DNA of 64,000 nucleotides from positions 10,662 to 74,661 of the IMG/VR virus record IMGVR_UViG_3300037424_000224; one strand, written 5' to 3'. This document shows positions 37,241 to 48,030 of the stretch, piece after piece. This DNA comes from a virus. Its lineage: Duplodnaviria; Caudoviricetes. The translations under genes and the position numbers were made by a program. The notes beneath the pieces are model-generated. The model was not told the origin of the DNA and made no database searches. It saw only the letters and a program-made list of their open reading frames with translations. The stretch's first letter is position 1. Each line of letters starts with the position of its first letter.

Positions 37241-39555
37241 AATTAAATGCTAATGTTTATATCGACGATATACGTTTGGATATATCATCATATGCTATTT
37301 TGATTAATAGAAACTGGTCTCTTTGTAATTGTTTACAGACATTTAGCATTACTTTAGACCCTACTGTAAAAGATTATCTAGCGTTATCCGGGTTAGTATT
37401 AAAGCCTTCTCTGGATGTAGAAATATGGGAATTCGGAGTAAAGGTATTTACTGGTTTTATAACTACTGTCAAATATAGTAGAAAACCTGAACCTCTAATA
37501 GAAATACAGGGTGCTGACAAGTTCAAGTATGCTAAAGACTACTTTATCGACGAAGATTTCGGTGTAACTAACGGAGAAACAGTTGCATATTGGGTCAGTA
37601 GATTACTTGACCTATGCGGCTTGGATTATTCAATTGACAGTTCTGATGCTAACACGATGACCGTAGGGCCTGGAATTGAAATTAGTATGCGAACTGTAGA
37701 AGATGCAATTCAAGAGTTATTATCTTATTCGTCATCCTATGTTTATACTAGCCCGAGTGGAAGAGTTCATATTTCAAATGGTACTCGTTCATCCAACATC
37801 AAATTCAAGACAGGAATAACCACAGTCTATGACCATAATGACCCAACATTTATTGAGGGCGGAAACGTAAAACGAGCTTATCATCAGACCAATGATACCA
37901 ATACAAGAGATATAGTTAAAGTATGGGGGTGGAAAGGTTCTAGCGCATTCTTAAATGCACACGAATCTCCATACTTAACTGCCACTGAGACAATAGACTT
38001 AGGTCTGCCAGTTCCAAAAACTGTGCTCTATGCAAGTAACTATATCCAAACACAGGAAGCTGCTAATAATCTAGCAAATAGAATCATTAGTGAAGTGGGT
38101 AAGTTTGACTCTGTAAAGACAGTTGAGTGCATCGGTAATCCTGCAATAGAAGTCGGACATAGAGTTGATATAGACCTAGACCTGGAATCTGAGCATTTAA
38201 TCGGCTCAGCCAAAGTTACTACGATTAGTAGTAATATGGGCCAAGATGGCTATATCATGAACATAAAAATGGATGAATTTTGTCCTAAATTTGCAGCATG
38301 GTCTATTGCTACACCACCTCAGGTATTCTACGCTGGAACTACTGCTCATGGAGTATTCAAATCATTAGATGGCGGATTAACTTGGTTCGATTATAATAGT
38401 GGATTGACTACTGGACGTAAATCAGTTAAGATGCTAGCTGCAACTTCAGAAGATGAGGTGATGGCGATCATTAACGGTAGTTTATGGTATACCACAACTA
38501 GCGGAATGACGCTCAGTGGAATTTGGACTAGGCGGTATTTAGGAATACCTACAAATGACGCTGGAGATAGTCCAGCACCGTCTGCTGGTAGTCCATTTGC
38601 AGTAGACTCGTCTGGCTCACCAAATGAATTTAATGTACTAAGTACATTTAAAATTGGAACTGGAATGATCCCTATTTCAGTTAGTGGTATTTATATACAA
38701 GACCCAATTAAGTATCGCTCGTGGGCATGGACAACAGAAGATACAGGATTAACATGGGACAGTGCCCAAATCAGTTATGACACAGTATCTGGTATTGACT
38801 ATGATTTTGCAGGACTAGATTTAAGTAGTCGGTATGGAACTCCATATGTTTTAGCAAATAAGGGGGTTGACTCTAATCCTGGTCTAATTGCAACACATTT
38901 TCCACTAAACCAAGTTGTTTGGGATGGGCATGATTTTCATTTCACTGTCGGTGGAGATGCTGGTACTTATACTCAACGAGATAATCCTGTTTATAGTATA
39001 CATTTTGGTATACAAGAATGGGATTTTATGCGAGATTCAGCAGGTAAACCAACCTATCGGCTGATCGGGACTTCTCCAAATAGAATTTTTGAAATTAACA
39101 TCGTAGGAAGAGATATATCTGGTTGGCCTGTTCTGGCATTAGGGTATCCAGTTACCAGAAAAATAAATTATTTAATTCAATCCGGTGGAGTAATATTAGA
39201 TAACTTTTCTACAATACCTACATACCAGACTTCTCAAATTGATGCAGCAAATATGTACCAAGTTGCTGGAAATGGATTTTATTGGGGGAAAATTACAATA
39301 CCGGAGGCTACTTGGGGAGATAGTTTTTGGATAAAATTTTCTTTTTATACAAAATATATGGCAGTATTAAATGCAATATATTCGTACTCTTTTAGAACAT
39401 ATTCAGGGGAATCCCCATTTTACCCTGAAGAAGATACTTGGCCTTACCCTTATACTAAATGGCCTATCTTTCAATCAGGACAAATGACTGATGACGAATA
39501 CCCACTTGCTTTGGGGGCGGGAACAATTCAAGTAATATTGGATGAATTAACATGA
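37237..39555 (+). CDS. Baseplate hub-like protein 2 with C-terminal Asp-box/BNR propeller
   Basis: VFTGFI, IVKVWG, GNPAIEVG; GVFKSLDGGLTW and TEDTGLTW Asp-boxes. Confidence 0.65.
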   Translation: MKLNANVYIDDIRLDISSYAILINRNWSLCNCLQTFSITLDPTVKDYLALSGLVLKPSLDVEIWEFGVKVFTGFITTVKYSRKPEPLIEIQGADKFKYAKDYFIDEDFGVTNGETVAYWVSRLLDLCGLDYSIDSSDANTMTVGPGIEISMRTVEDAIQELLSYSSSYVYTSPSGRVHISNGTRSSNIKFKTGITTVYDHNDPTFIEGGNVKRAYHQTNDTNTRDIVKVWGWKGSSAFLNAHESPYLTATETIDLGLPVPKTVLYASNYIQTQEAANNLANRIISEVGKFDSVKTVECIGNPAIEVGHRVDIDLDLESEHLIGSAKVTTISSNMGQDGYIMNIKMDEFCPKFAAWSIATPPQVFYAGTTAHGVFKSLDGGLTWFDYNSGLTTGRKSVKMLAATSEDEVMAIINGSLWYTTTSGMTLSGIWTRRYLGIPTNDAGDSPAPSAGSPFAVDSSGSPNEFNVLSTFKIGTGMIPISVSGIYIQDPIKYRSWAWTTEDTGLTWDSAQISYDTVSGIDYDFAGLDLSSRYGTPYVLANKGVDSNPGLIATHFPLNQVVWDGHDFHFTVGGDAGTYTQRDNPVYSIHFGIQEWDFMRDSAGKPTYRLIGTSPNRIFEINIVGRDISGWPVLALGYPVTRKINYLIQSGGVILDNFSTIPTYQTSQIDAANMYQVAGNGFYWGKITIPEATWGDSFWIKFSFYTKYMAVLNAIYSYSFRTYSGESPFYPEEDTWPYPYTKWPIFQSGQMTDDEYPLALGAGTIQVILDELT

Positions 39556-40133
39556 CACAACCATTACCAGTATTAACACCAGTTCCTTCTGGGTGGTATT
39601 ATCCACCACCTTCAGGAGTACAACCTGGTACATATTTCTTTGAGACAGTAGGTTCTGACTGTATATTTCTACAAACAATAAGTGGAGTAGGAAACGGACA
39701 TATATTCGAGGGAATAAATGGAATCTATCTATTTGGTTTATCCAATGGACTATTATTCGCGGACAATGCAGTGGATTTCACTCCAATAAGTTCCTATGCG
39801 AGCTCTGTGACTCAAATGGACAGCACTGGACTTACAGTAATATTTAAGAATACTACCGGACTAAAATCATACGTGTATTCTCAGAAAATACCAGAGACCT
39901 ATAATGGCTGGAACTTAGAAACAACTATTTCTGGAACAATGGTTTCAGATTCAGCGGGAGAACCTGACGAAATTATATCTGTAAACTTACCTACGCTTGT
40001 GGGAAATTCAAGGTCAAATACTTATCCAAGAGTACAGCGAATTACATCAAAAACAACACCTTTAGGTGCATTTGCTAAATCAGATACAGGAATACCAATA
40101 AATGCACAAATTACAGATTTAGAGGCAGTATAA
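39552..40133 (+). CDS. Minor tail protein
   Basis: Coupled, beta-rich. Confidence 0.5.
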   Translation: MTQPLPVLTPVPSGWYYPPPSGVQPGTYFFETVGSDCIFLQTISGVGNGHIFEGINGIYLFGLSNGLLFADNAVDFTPISSYASSVTQMDSTGLTVIFKNTTGLKSYVYSQKIPETYNGWNLETTISGTMVSDSAGEPDEIISVNLPTLVGNSRSNTYPRVQRITSKTTPLGAFAKSDTGIPINAQITDLEAV

Positions 40134-42025
40134 TGTATATAGTTACAGATTTAGAAGAACAAATTATGCGAGAAATTGATGCCGTTGGTAGAGTGAACTC
40201 TCTTCGCGGCTATGATTTTGGTGGAATTTCAGGTTCAGGTGGAGGTTCTGGAAGTCCTATTGGTGGTATTATTGGACAACTCGCTCAGAAGTATGTAACA
40301 TTTGACACAACAGAAGGTGTTGACCCAACAATCCCATTCTCAGGAGCAAGTTTAGTAAATAACCTAAATAGAATTCGTTCTGGGGATGCACTTGGTAATG
40401 GTATAATTCTACTTAGACACTTATCTTCTGGTCTAATTATACCAACAGAATCCTATATAACAGTAGAAGGTACTGGTGGTTCACCAGTTTATGAGAATAT
40501 TAATACAATAAGGTTTACCAATGCTGATTTGGATTTAATAGGATTAAATACTGTTAATGTTACTATAGTATCTTCAGGTAGTGGGGGTAGTGGAATATCT
40601 GGTAGTGGCTATAAATCAATAGAATGGTTTGTAGATGGAAGTCCATCACCTATATTTCTTTCAGAAGTACATAAATTATCAGAAAACTTTACTCCTGTAG
40701 ATTTAACGACAGTTTGTCAAACTACTGGAAGTGGCAACTTAAGCGTGACATTGTACAAAAGCCTAGATGCTATAACTTGGGAATCAGTTGGTATTGCTGG
40801 TATTTATGCTGGAAATAGAACTGACAAGTTCAATATAACATCGGCGGAGTTATTAAAAGATACTTATCTAGGCTTACAAATAGATTCATGCCCAGAATTA
40901 CCATCTGGTATTCCATTTGAAAATTTATCATTCATACTACATGGAATTGGTCAAGTAATTACATCTAGTGGTAGTGGTTCCTTACCAGTATTTTCTCCAA
41001 AAAGAATTCCCTATGCTGATAATACAACTGGAACTTTAACAGAGTCAATTAGATTTAATCATTTACGCGATAATGGTAGCGATATGACCATTATTGGTTC
41101 AGAAGATTATACTAGAATCGGTGGTAGCTTAGAAAAAGTCGGATTAGTAATCGTAAGAGAAGAAGTCGATGGTGGACTCGTCATGGAGACCTACTCAGAA
41201 GGAACATATTCACCTTCTCTAGCAACCTTACGTGCGCGTGGAACACAGACAGTTCCCGAAGCCCTTTTGCAAAATGACGTTATTTTTAGATTTACAGGAC
41301 GAGGTTACGGACAAACAGCGTGGGCCGGTAGCCCAAGATTTAGATTTGAAGGTCGTACTACTGAGGATTGGACTGATGCGGCTCAAGGTACAAAAGCCGT
41401 TATCGGGGTCACTAAGTTAGGTGAAACCGCAACAACTGATATAGTCACAGTAGATGGCACAGGATTATTAATCACAGGGGATATTAATGCGACAGGTAAA
41501 TTAATAGGTATTGATTTACAAGTATCTGGCAATAGCCCTGCAATAGGGGATTTTCTAAGCGCGACGGATACTTCTGGTAATTTTATCACTACACACAGAC
41601 AATATGCGTGGTACGATAAGATTAGTTCACAAACTATTTCACCCAGTAATACAACTATTATTGATTTTGAGGTTTTACAAGAAGATTTGTATAGTTGTGT
41701 AACGACTGGTATTTCCTGGAAATTTACAGTCCCAGAAAATGGTTTATACGAAATAGTAGCAAGTATATTATTAGACGATATAGATTATGCCGAGGGAGAA
41801 CTCCTAATCCTCGAACTTTATAAAAATGGTGGATTATTGTTATTATTTGACCATGTAACTACAAGAGCAACTACACTTTCGTCACAAACTTTGAAAGGTT
41901 CCTGTATACTTAGATTAAATAGTAGTGATTATATTGACATGAGATTATTAAATGGCACTTATCAGGACTCAACTATTTCTGCAAATGAAGCCGGTTGTTT
42001 CATTCAAATAACAAGGATAGGATAA
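40133..42025 (+). CDS. Tail fibre/receptor-binding protein with C-terminal C1q/TNF-like domain
   Basis: Gly/Ser linkers; KFTVPENGLYEIVAS...ILRLNSSDYIDMR C1q-like pattern. Confidence 0.65.
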   Translation: MYIVTDLEEQIMREIDAVGRVNSLRGYDFGGISGSGGGSGSPIGGIIGQLAQKYVTFDTTEGVDPTIPFSGASLVNNLNRIRSGDALGNGIILLRHLSSGLIIPTESYITVEGTGGSPVYENINTIRFTNADLDLIGLNTVNVTIVSSGSGGSGISGSGYKSIEWFVDGSPSPIFLSEVHKLSENFTPVDLTTVCQTTGSGNLSVTLYKSLDAITWESVGIAGIYAGNRTDKFNITSAELLKDTYLGLQIDSCPELPSGIPFENLSFILHGIGQVITSSGSGSLPVFSPKRIPYADNTTGTLTESIRFNHLRDNGSDMTIIGSEDYTRIGGSLEKVGLVIVREEVDGGLVMETYSEGTYSPSLATLRARGTQTVPEALLQNDVIFRFTGRGYGQTAWAGSPRFRFEGRTTEDWTDAAQGTKAVIGVTKLGETATTDIVTVDGTGLLITGDINATGKLIGIDLQVSGNSPAIGDFLSATDTSGNFITTHRQYAWYDKISSQTISPSNTTIIDFEVLQEDLYSCVTTGISWKFTVPENGLYEIVASILLDDIDYAEGELLILELYKNGGLLLLFDHVTTRATTLSSQTLKGSCILRLNSSDYIDMRLLNGTYQDSTISANEAGCFIQITRIG

Positions 42026-43461
42026 TGATACATAATGATAAAATTTTAGGTAAACCTCTTGTTCAATACCTTGATTTAAGGTCAAATATAGAAGCAATTA
42101 CTAACCCAGAACAAGGAATGTTGGCTTATTCCTCAGATGAAAATAAATTATTACAATATACTGGAAGTGTATGGACAGAAGTTACTGGAACTGGTGGGTC
42201 TACTTGGTATAATGTAATTAATTATGGTGCAGACCCGACAGGTATATCTGATAGCACTGCTGAGATAAATGCAGCAGCGGCGGCAATACCAAGTTCTGGT
42301 GGAGTTTTATATTTTCCAGCAGGACTATATTTAACTGACGGTACTCCTATCTATTTAGATAATCCCACAGTGGTTAGAGGTGACGGAGCTTCTTCTGCTT
42401 ATGATGCAGACTTTGGTATCTCTACAGTTAGAACTACAACTACTGATGCCATTGTTTTCTGGGTTAGAAGTCAAAAATGTGACTTTCATGATATTTTTCT
42501 TCATTACGGGCACGTTACTAGACCAACAGCCGGAGCAGGTATTTATGTAGAATCTGGTGGTGATAATGTTACCTACGAAAATGTAACGACTAAGGGATTT
42601 TACTATAATGTAGATGTTCCAAGTGGTGCCCAATTTACATATCATAATTGTAGAAATATTTATCCCGGCAGATTTGGTCTAGTTTGTCATCAAGCGGCCT
42701 TCAGTGGTGACTTCGGAGATCAAATAATTAGTGACTCTTGGTTTATTAGTGGGCCAGCAGCTAATGCTGAAGCCGGATTAAAGATTTATGCTGGTGGTGG
42801 AGTTAAGGTTATAGGGTGTAAATTTAATGGCTGGTTAGGCCCATATGGATTTACTAATGATATAGACATAGAAGTAGGTGCCGGAGTTAATACTGGAATT
42901 TTACTAATTGAAGGATGTTCTATTGAAAATTGGAAAACCTCTGGAATTAAAGTTAGAACTAATGCTACTAAGCCTAGTACCTGGCACACAATAAACATAG
43001 TAGGAAACGAACTTGGTTCTTGGCTTTATCAAGACACCAATGCTATAGATATACAAGCAGATACAATAAATGATGTTAGAGATGTATTAATATCATCAAA
43101 TGTTTTTGTTAGTACACTCAGTCCTACCGGAGCAGCAATTAATTTATCAAAGATTAATACTGCTAGAATTACCGGGGACATTCGTAATACAACTTTTACT
43201 ACTGGTTATCAATCACTGTTGTCTACAACGGATTGCTTGGATATTGTTATTGATGCAGACTTATCTGGGCCAACTTCCGCAACAGACTCAAACTTTGCAT
43301 CATTTGATGGAATCACTGGTAAATTAATAAAAGATAGTGGTTATAATATAAATAATATTAGCAGTTACTTTGTATCTTCAGAAGTTTTAATGGCAGACGG
43401 AATAACTCCTCCTGATCCTTTGACTACAGAAGATGAGACAGACTGGCTATATGAGGACTAA
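41995..43461 (+). CDS. Tail spike with pectate-lyase-like beta-helix (candidate depolymerase)
   Basis: NVINYGADPTGISDSTAEINAA..GGVLYFPAGLY, the classic start of a right-handed beta-helix. Confidence 0.8.
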   Translation: MFHSNNKDRIMIHNDKILGKPLVQYLDLRSNIEAITNPEQGMLAYSSDENKLLQYTGSVWTEVTGTGGSTWYNVINYGADPTGISDSTAEINAAAAAIPSSGGVLYFPAGLYLTDGTPIYLDNPTVVRGDGASSAYDADFGISTVRTTTTDAIVFWVRSQKCDFHDIFLHYGHVTRPTAGAGIYVESGGDNVTYENVTTKGFYYNVDVPSGAQFTYHNCRNIYPGRFGLVCHQAAFSGDFGDQIISDSWFISGPAANAEAGLKIYAGGGVKVIGCKFNGWLGPYGFTNDIDIEVGAGVNTGILLIEGCSIENWKTSGIKVRTNATKPSTWHTINIVGNELGSWLYQDTNAIDIQADTINDVRDVLISSNVFVSTLSPTGAAINLSKINTARITGDIRNTTFTTGYQSLLSTTDCLDIVIDADLSGPTSATDSNFASFDGITGKLIKDSGYNINNISSYFVSSEVLMADGITPPDPLTTEDETDWLYED

Positions 43462-43463
43462 TA

Positions 43464-44150
43464 ATGGCAAAAGCAAGTACAAATAATTTTCCGGGAATAA
43501 CCTTTGTTGACCAAGGTTTAAATCCCACTACCCCTACAGGTGGTAACTCAAGAGTTTTTACAACTGTAAGTGGATTGTTTTTGATGGATGATGTTGGAGC
43601 AGTTATCGGCCCATTTGCTACCACTGCTTCTGAAGGTGGAGCGATGACCAGAATTGGCAGCCCAATAGTGTTAGCAAGTCCAGCACCCAACTTTGATTTT
43701 ACGAGTATTCCTAGTACATATAATCACCTAAAGATTATAATTCAAGCTAGAGGAGATACTGCTTTAGGACAGACAGACGTACAAATGCGTTTGAATAATG
43801 ATGGCGGTGCAAATTATGATAACGAATTATTAAATGGTATTAACACCACAGCCTCAGCATCTAATGTAACAGCAGGAGTAGATAACTATATTGGAAATGT
43901 TCCAGCTGCAAGTGCTACGGCGGGTTTTGCAGGTAGCCTTGAGATTGTTATATTTAATTATGCTCGAACAACCTTTTACAAGAATTACAACGGTATAAGT
44001 GGAAGCATGGCTAGTGCAGCGGCAAATGCACTTAGTAGATTTAGTACTGGACAATGGAGAAATACAGCCGCCGTAAGTAGAGTAACTCTAGTTCCTGGAG
44101 CAGGTAATTTCGATACCGGTAGCGTAGCAACATTATATGGAATTTATTAA
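43464..44150 (+). CDS. Tail fibre-associated protein
   Basis: FTSIPSTYNHLKIIIQAR...GSVATLYGI, a motif family common in phage fibre tips. Confidence 0.6.
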   Translation: MAKASTNNFPGITFVDQGLNPTTPTGGNSRVFTTVSGLFLMDDVGAVIGPFATTASEGGAMTRIGSPIVLASPAPNFDFTSIPSTYNHLKIIIQARGDTALGQTDVQMRLNNDGGANYDNELLNGINTTASASNVTAGVDNYIGNVPAASATAGFAGSLEIVIFNYARTTFYKNYNGISGSMASAAANALSRFSTGQWRNTAAVSRVTLVPGAGNFDTGSVATLYGIY

Positions 44151-46583
44151 ATGAGTAGACTTAGTGTGCATTTTAATGATTCAGGAAATAAAACTGGATT
44201 TGGAGAATTCTTACATACTACATTTGAAGCAAAATCTCCAATAAAAATTATCTATTCAGTTAATGGTAATATTAAACCAGATATAATTAAATATAGTCCA
44301 AGTACACTTTTAATTTATCGTAGACAAACAGAAACATTTAATCGGCTTCCTAATAACTTCTTTATGGATGACCCGGTACAAGATGCGACAGATTGGTTAT
44401 TAAATACTAAAGACCCAACAGATCAAAATAGAAGTCAGTTAGAAAACTGGTTATTAAATCCTGCTGATTATTATGATCCATTAAATGAACCAAGTATTGA
44501 ACTTGCTGATCCAAATAATCCAGAACAGGTAGCAGAAGCAATTAGACGAGCAAAATATTTAAATACTTGGGAATTAACTGCTTTAGAAATTGCCCATCAA
44601 CACGGATTAAAATTAGTTTTATTTTCCTTTGGTACTGAATCTGGTACTTTAGATTTAAGAGTATGGAATGAATTAATTCCTTGCTTAACTAAAGGTAAAG
44701 AATACGGGGCAATCCTAAGTCTACATGCCTATGGTTTAACTGGTGATTTAATTAATAGACCGGGGGCATATAAACAACATCTAAATATTTATAAACTACT
44801 TCCAGAATCTTTACATTTACCAGTAGTTTATAGTGAATGTGGCGCTGGAAATGGTTATGATACCGGATTATCTGGACAAGCCTTCGTAGATGACTTGGGT
44901 TTAGTAGATGATTATTGGAGAACTGATAAATTAGTTTTGGGTGGATGTGCATTTCAATTAGGTGGTCAGGAAAGTAATATGGTAGATGTACTACCAGAAT
45001 TGGGTGAATATATTAAAACTCATCCAGATGAAGAAGGTGAGGATATGAAATTAAATTATGTAGTAATAGGGTATTTAGCACCTCAAAATGCTACTATTGA
45101 ACAAGTAAAACAAATACAAGAAGATGCTTTTCCAACTCGATCTACTGTAAGTCAATCAGCAGATGATGTACGTGCATTAGTATCTATGGGATTACCAGGA
45201 AGTAAGGCCATTATTTATGAGCCTCAAACATGGCCTGGTGGGATAGATGGGATTACTCAATATTTTATAGGGCTATCTATTGAATTTAGATATTTTGGTG
45301 GTCAATCTGTGGATTTTTGGGTACAGTCACCTATTCTGGATATTCCATTTAGAGTGACTGACCCATTTAATGCTCCTAGAAGTTATGCTAATGGTAAACA
45401 TGAAGGACTGGATTTAGATTGCTATGACGATATAAATCGCAGAGCAGTAAATATTTATGCTGGTCAGATAGGAACAGTTGAATCCGTAGTTACTATATGG
45501 TCCGGTACTAGTTACGGAAAACATGTTATTATTAAACATAACTGGTATGGTCAGGTTTTTAAGACTTGGTATTGTCATTTATCAAGCGTGTCTGTAATAG
45601 AAGGACAGACAGTACGAATAGGCGAAAAGATAGGCGTTGGTGGGAATACTGGAACTACTGCAATCCATTTGCATTTTATGATTCAATGGATTGGACATGG
45701 TTTGTCTAGTTATTTTACACTGGATGTAGTCGATCCATTACCTTTGATCAGAAAACCTAGTTCTACCCAGTATTTAACTAAATCTGGCGTTGGTATGGCT
45801 TCACAGTCTATTTTAAGTAATACAGAACTCTTAGCAATTACTAAAAGCAAAGTTTCTACAACTTTAGTACTAACTCTTCCAGATTATGAAGATACTAAAA
45901 CAATGGTAACACAATTAAAGATATTAAATCAGGAAATTATTGGTAGACTCTTTTTTAGTGCTAATATAGGAAGTAAGTTTACTCCACAAGAATTCCTAAA
46001 TTATTGTGGAAATGGTTTAACTGGATTATATGATTCGGGGGTTAGAGTATTTCAAATACATAATGAACCTAACCTTGAATCTGAAGGCAATGGTTGGAAT
46101 TGGGTAAATGGATATGAATTTGGCATTTGGCTAAAAGGTATAATTACTTTACTTAAAACCAAATATTCAGATATTAAATTAATATATCCTGGATTGTCCC
46201 CTCAACCTAATACAGTACAATTCTTTAAGGATTCTAAGTTTGCTGCTGACTTATGTGATTACGTAGGTGTACATTCCTACTGGCATACAGTACAAAACGG
46301 TCAATGGAACATGATTGATCGATCAGGAGGCATGTCCTGGAAAGATGTGGCAGATTTAACTACTAAGGATATTATTGTTACTGAATATTCTAATAATAAT
46401 CCTAACGAAACTTATGAGAATAAAGGTCTTCAATATAAACAATATATTGAACTATTAAAACAAGATGGTAGAGTAGTCTCTGCGTACAGTTTTGCTCTAA
46501 ATTGGCCCAATCAGGACGTAAATAGAGAAGGTTGGGTATATAATGGAAGTCTTACAGCAATACCGGAGAAGTTAGGAATATGA
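44151..46583 (+). CDS. Multidomain lysin: GH-clan-A-like barrel + M23 peptidase + second GH-like barrel
   Basis: PLNEP and SECG (domain 1); HEGLDL, YGKHVII, YCHLS, HLHF (M23); IHNEPN, GVHSYW, VTEY (domain 3). Confidence 0.78.
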   Translation: MSRLSVHFNDSGNKTGFGEFLHTTFEAKSPIKIIYSVNGNIKPDIIKYSPSTLLIYRRQTETFNRLPNNFFMDDPVQDATDWLLNTKDPTDQNRSQLENWLLNPADYYDPLNEPSIELADPNNPEQVAEAIRRAKYLNTWELTALEIAHQHGLKLVLFSFGTESGTLDLRVWNELIPCLTKGKEYGAILSLHAYGLTGDLINRPGAYKQHLNIYKLLPESLHLPVVYSECGAGNGYDTGLSGQAFVDDLGLVDDYWRTDKLVLGGCAFQLGGQESNMVDVLPELGEYIKTHPDEEGEDMKLNYVVIGYLAPQNATIEQVKQIQEDAFPTRSTVSQSADDVRALVSMGLPGSKAIIYEPQTWPGGIDGITQYFIGLSIEFRYFGGQSVDFWVQSPILDIPFRVTDPFNAPRSYANGKHEGLDLDCYDDINRRAVNIYAGQIGTVESVVTIWSGTSYGKHVIIKHNWYGQVFKTWYCHLSSVSVIEGQTVRIGEKIGVGGNTGTTAIHLHFMIQWIGHGLSSYFTLDVVDPLPLIRKPSSTQYLTKSGVGMASQSILSNTELLAITKSKVSTTLVLTLPDYEDTKTMVTQLKILNQEIIGRLFFSANIGSKFTPQEFLNYCGNGLTGLYDSGVRVFQIHNEPNLESEGNGWNWVNGYEFGIWLKGIITLLKTKYSDIKLIYPGLSPQPNTVQFFKDSKFAADLCDYVGVHSYWHTVQNGQWNMIDRSGGMSWKDVADLTTKDIIVTEYSNNNPNETYENKGLQYKQYIELLKQDGRVVSAYSFALNWPNQDVNREGWVYNGSLTAIPEKLGI

Positions 46584-48030
46584 TTAATGTATTTGGTTTT
46601 GGAGACCCGGAAAGATGGATAGTTATATTTTTTATATCTTTATCCTTGTATTTCTTGTGGTCTAATAAAAGATTATATGATAAACGAACAAAAATATTAC
46701 TATCTATACCACGAATATATTTAATAATATATGAAATAGCAATTATTATAGATTTATATAATTTGTCTAACTCAGTAAGTAATTTATTCAAAACAGGATA
46801 TGGTGGAGTGATCGGTATTTTATTACTCTTTGCAGTAGAAGTATACGTTAGATTGGTAAGCAAAAAGTATGGTCGCCAATAATTATGGATTTTTTAAATA
46901 GTATTCAGTGGGGAAATGTATTTACTGCCGTAACTTTAATTACTACTGCTTTCTTAGCATGGAGTGATGTTAGTAAGAGACGAGCAGAAAAACGAGCAAA
47001 AGACTCTGAATCCCACAAAATTGAAACAGACGCCGCAGACGTGATTACCGAATCAGCATTAAAACTATTAACTCCTAAAGACAAACAAATTGAACAGCAA
47101 GATTTACAAATAACAAGACTACTTGCTGAAAATCAACAACTATCTAATAAGTTTAATATTCTTGAATCTTCGACAAATAACTTGATTAAACGAGTTAGTG
47201 ATTTAGAAAACGTTAATAATGAATTAATTAAACAAAGTGAAGAATGGAAAACTGAACGTAAAGAATGGGAGCTTGGTATTGGTAAACTATTAAGCCAATT
47301 AGTTAAGGCTAAAATAGCCCCAGTTTGGCTACCACAAGGAATTACTATATCTGAGATTGAATTAGAGCCTAAATTAGTAATTTCAGGATTTGGTTCTAAG
47401 AAGGTGAACAAATGATAGAATTAATGTCGGGAGTTTTATTTGGAATTGCTGCTCATCAAACGGATAGAATAGTTAAAAATTGGCCTCATCAATGGGAATA
47501 TTTAAGTAGATATGGAATTGGATATTTAACTTGTGGATTTACCTTTGTTTTAATTATAAAAAAATTAAATCCAGGTATAATTAAAGATGCTATTTTAGCA
47601 TTTGGAGGGGCAGGATTCTCTACAGGTCTAGGAGTTTTAATTGCTAGATTGTACGACGAGTATATAAAGTGAGGTAAATATGGTAGAAGATAAAATAAGC
47701 CTAAAAGAGTATGTTGACCTAAAAATTGGAGCAATTGATAAAGCAACCTCAGTAGCGTATGCCAGCATGGAAAAACGCCTTGAGGGTATGAATGAATTTA
47801 GAAATCAATTAAAAGACCAAAATATAACCTTCATAACCAAGGCTGAATATTCAGCCCACATGAATAAAATAGAAGAAGACATTAGAATTCTTAGAGAGTC
47901 CAAAGCTCAATTAGAAGGTAAAGCTTCACAATCAGACGTAAATTCACTAAGATTAATTTCTTATATCAGTTTGGCTATAGGGCTTAGTGGGTTACTTATA
48001 ACGTTGATTAAATTATTAGGAGTAGTATGA
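46580..48030 (+). CDS. Four consecutive small membrane proteins (46580-46882, 46885-47415, 47412-47672, 47680-48030): holin/antiholin/spanin-like candidates
   Basis: TM segments; two have TM + coiled coil; directly after the lysin. Confidence 0.55.
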
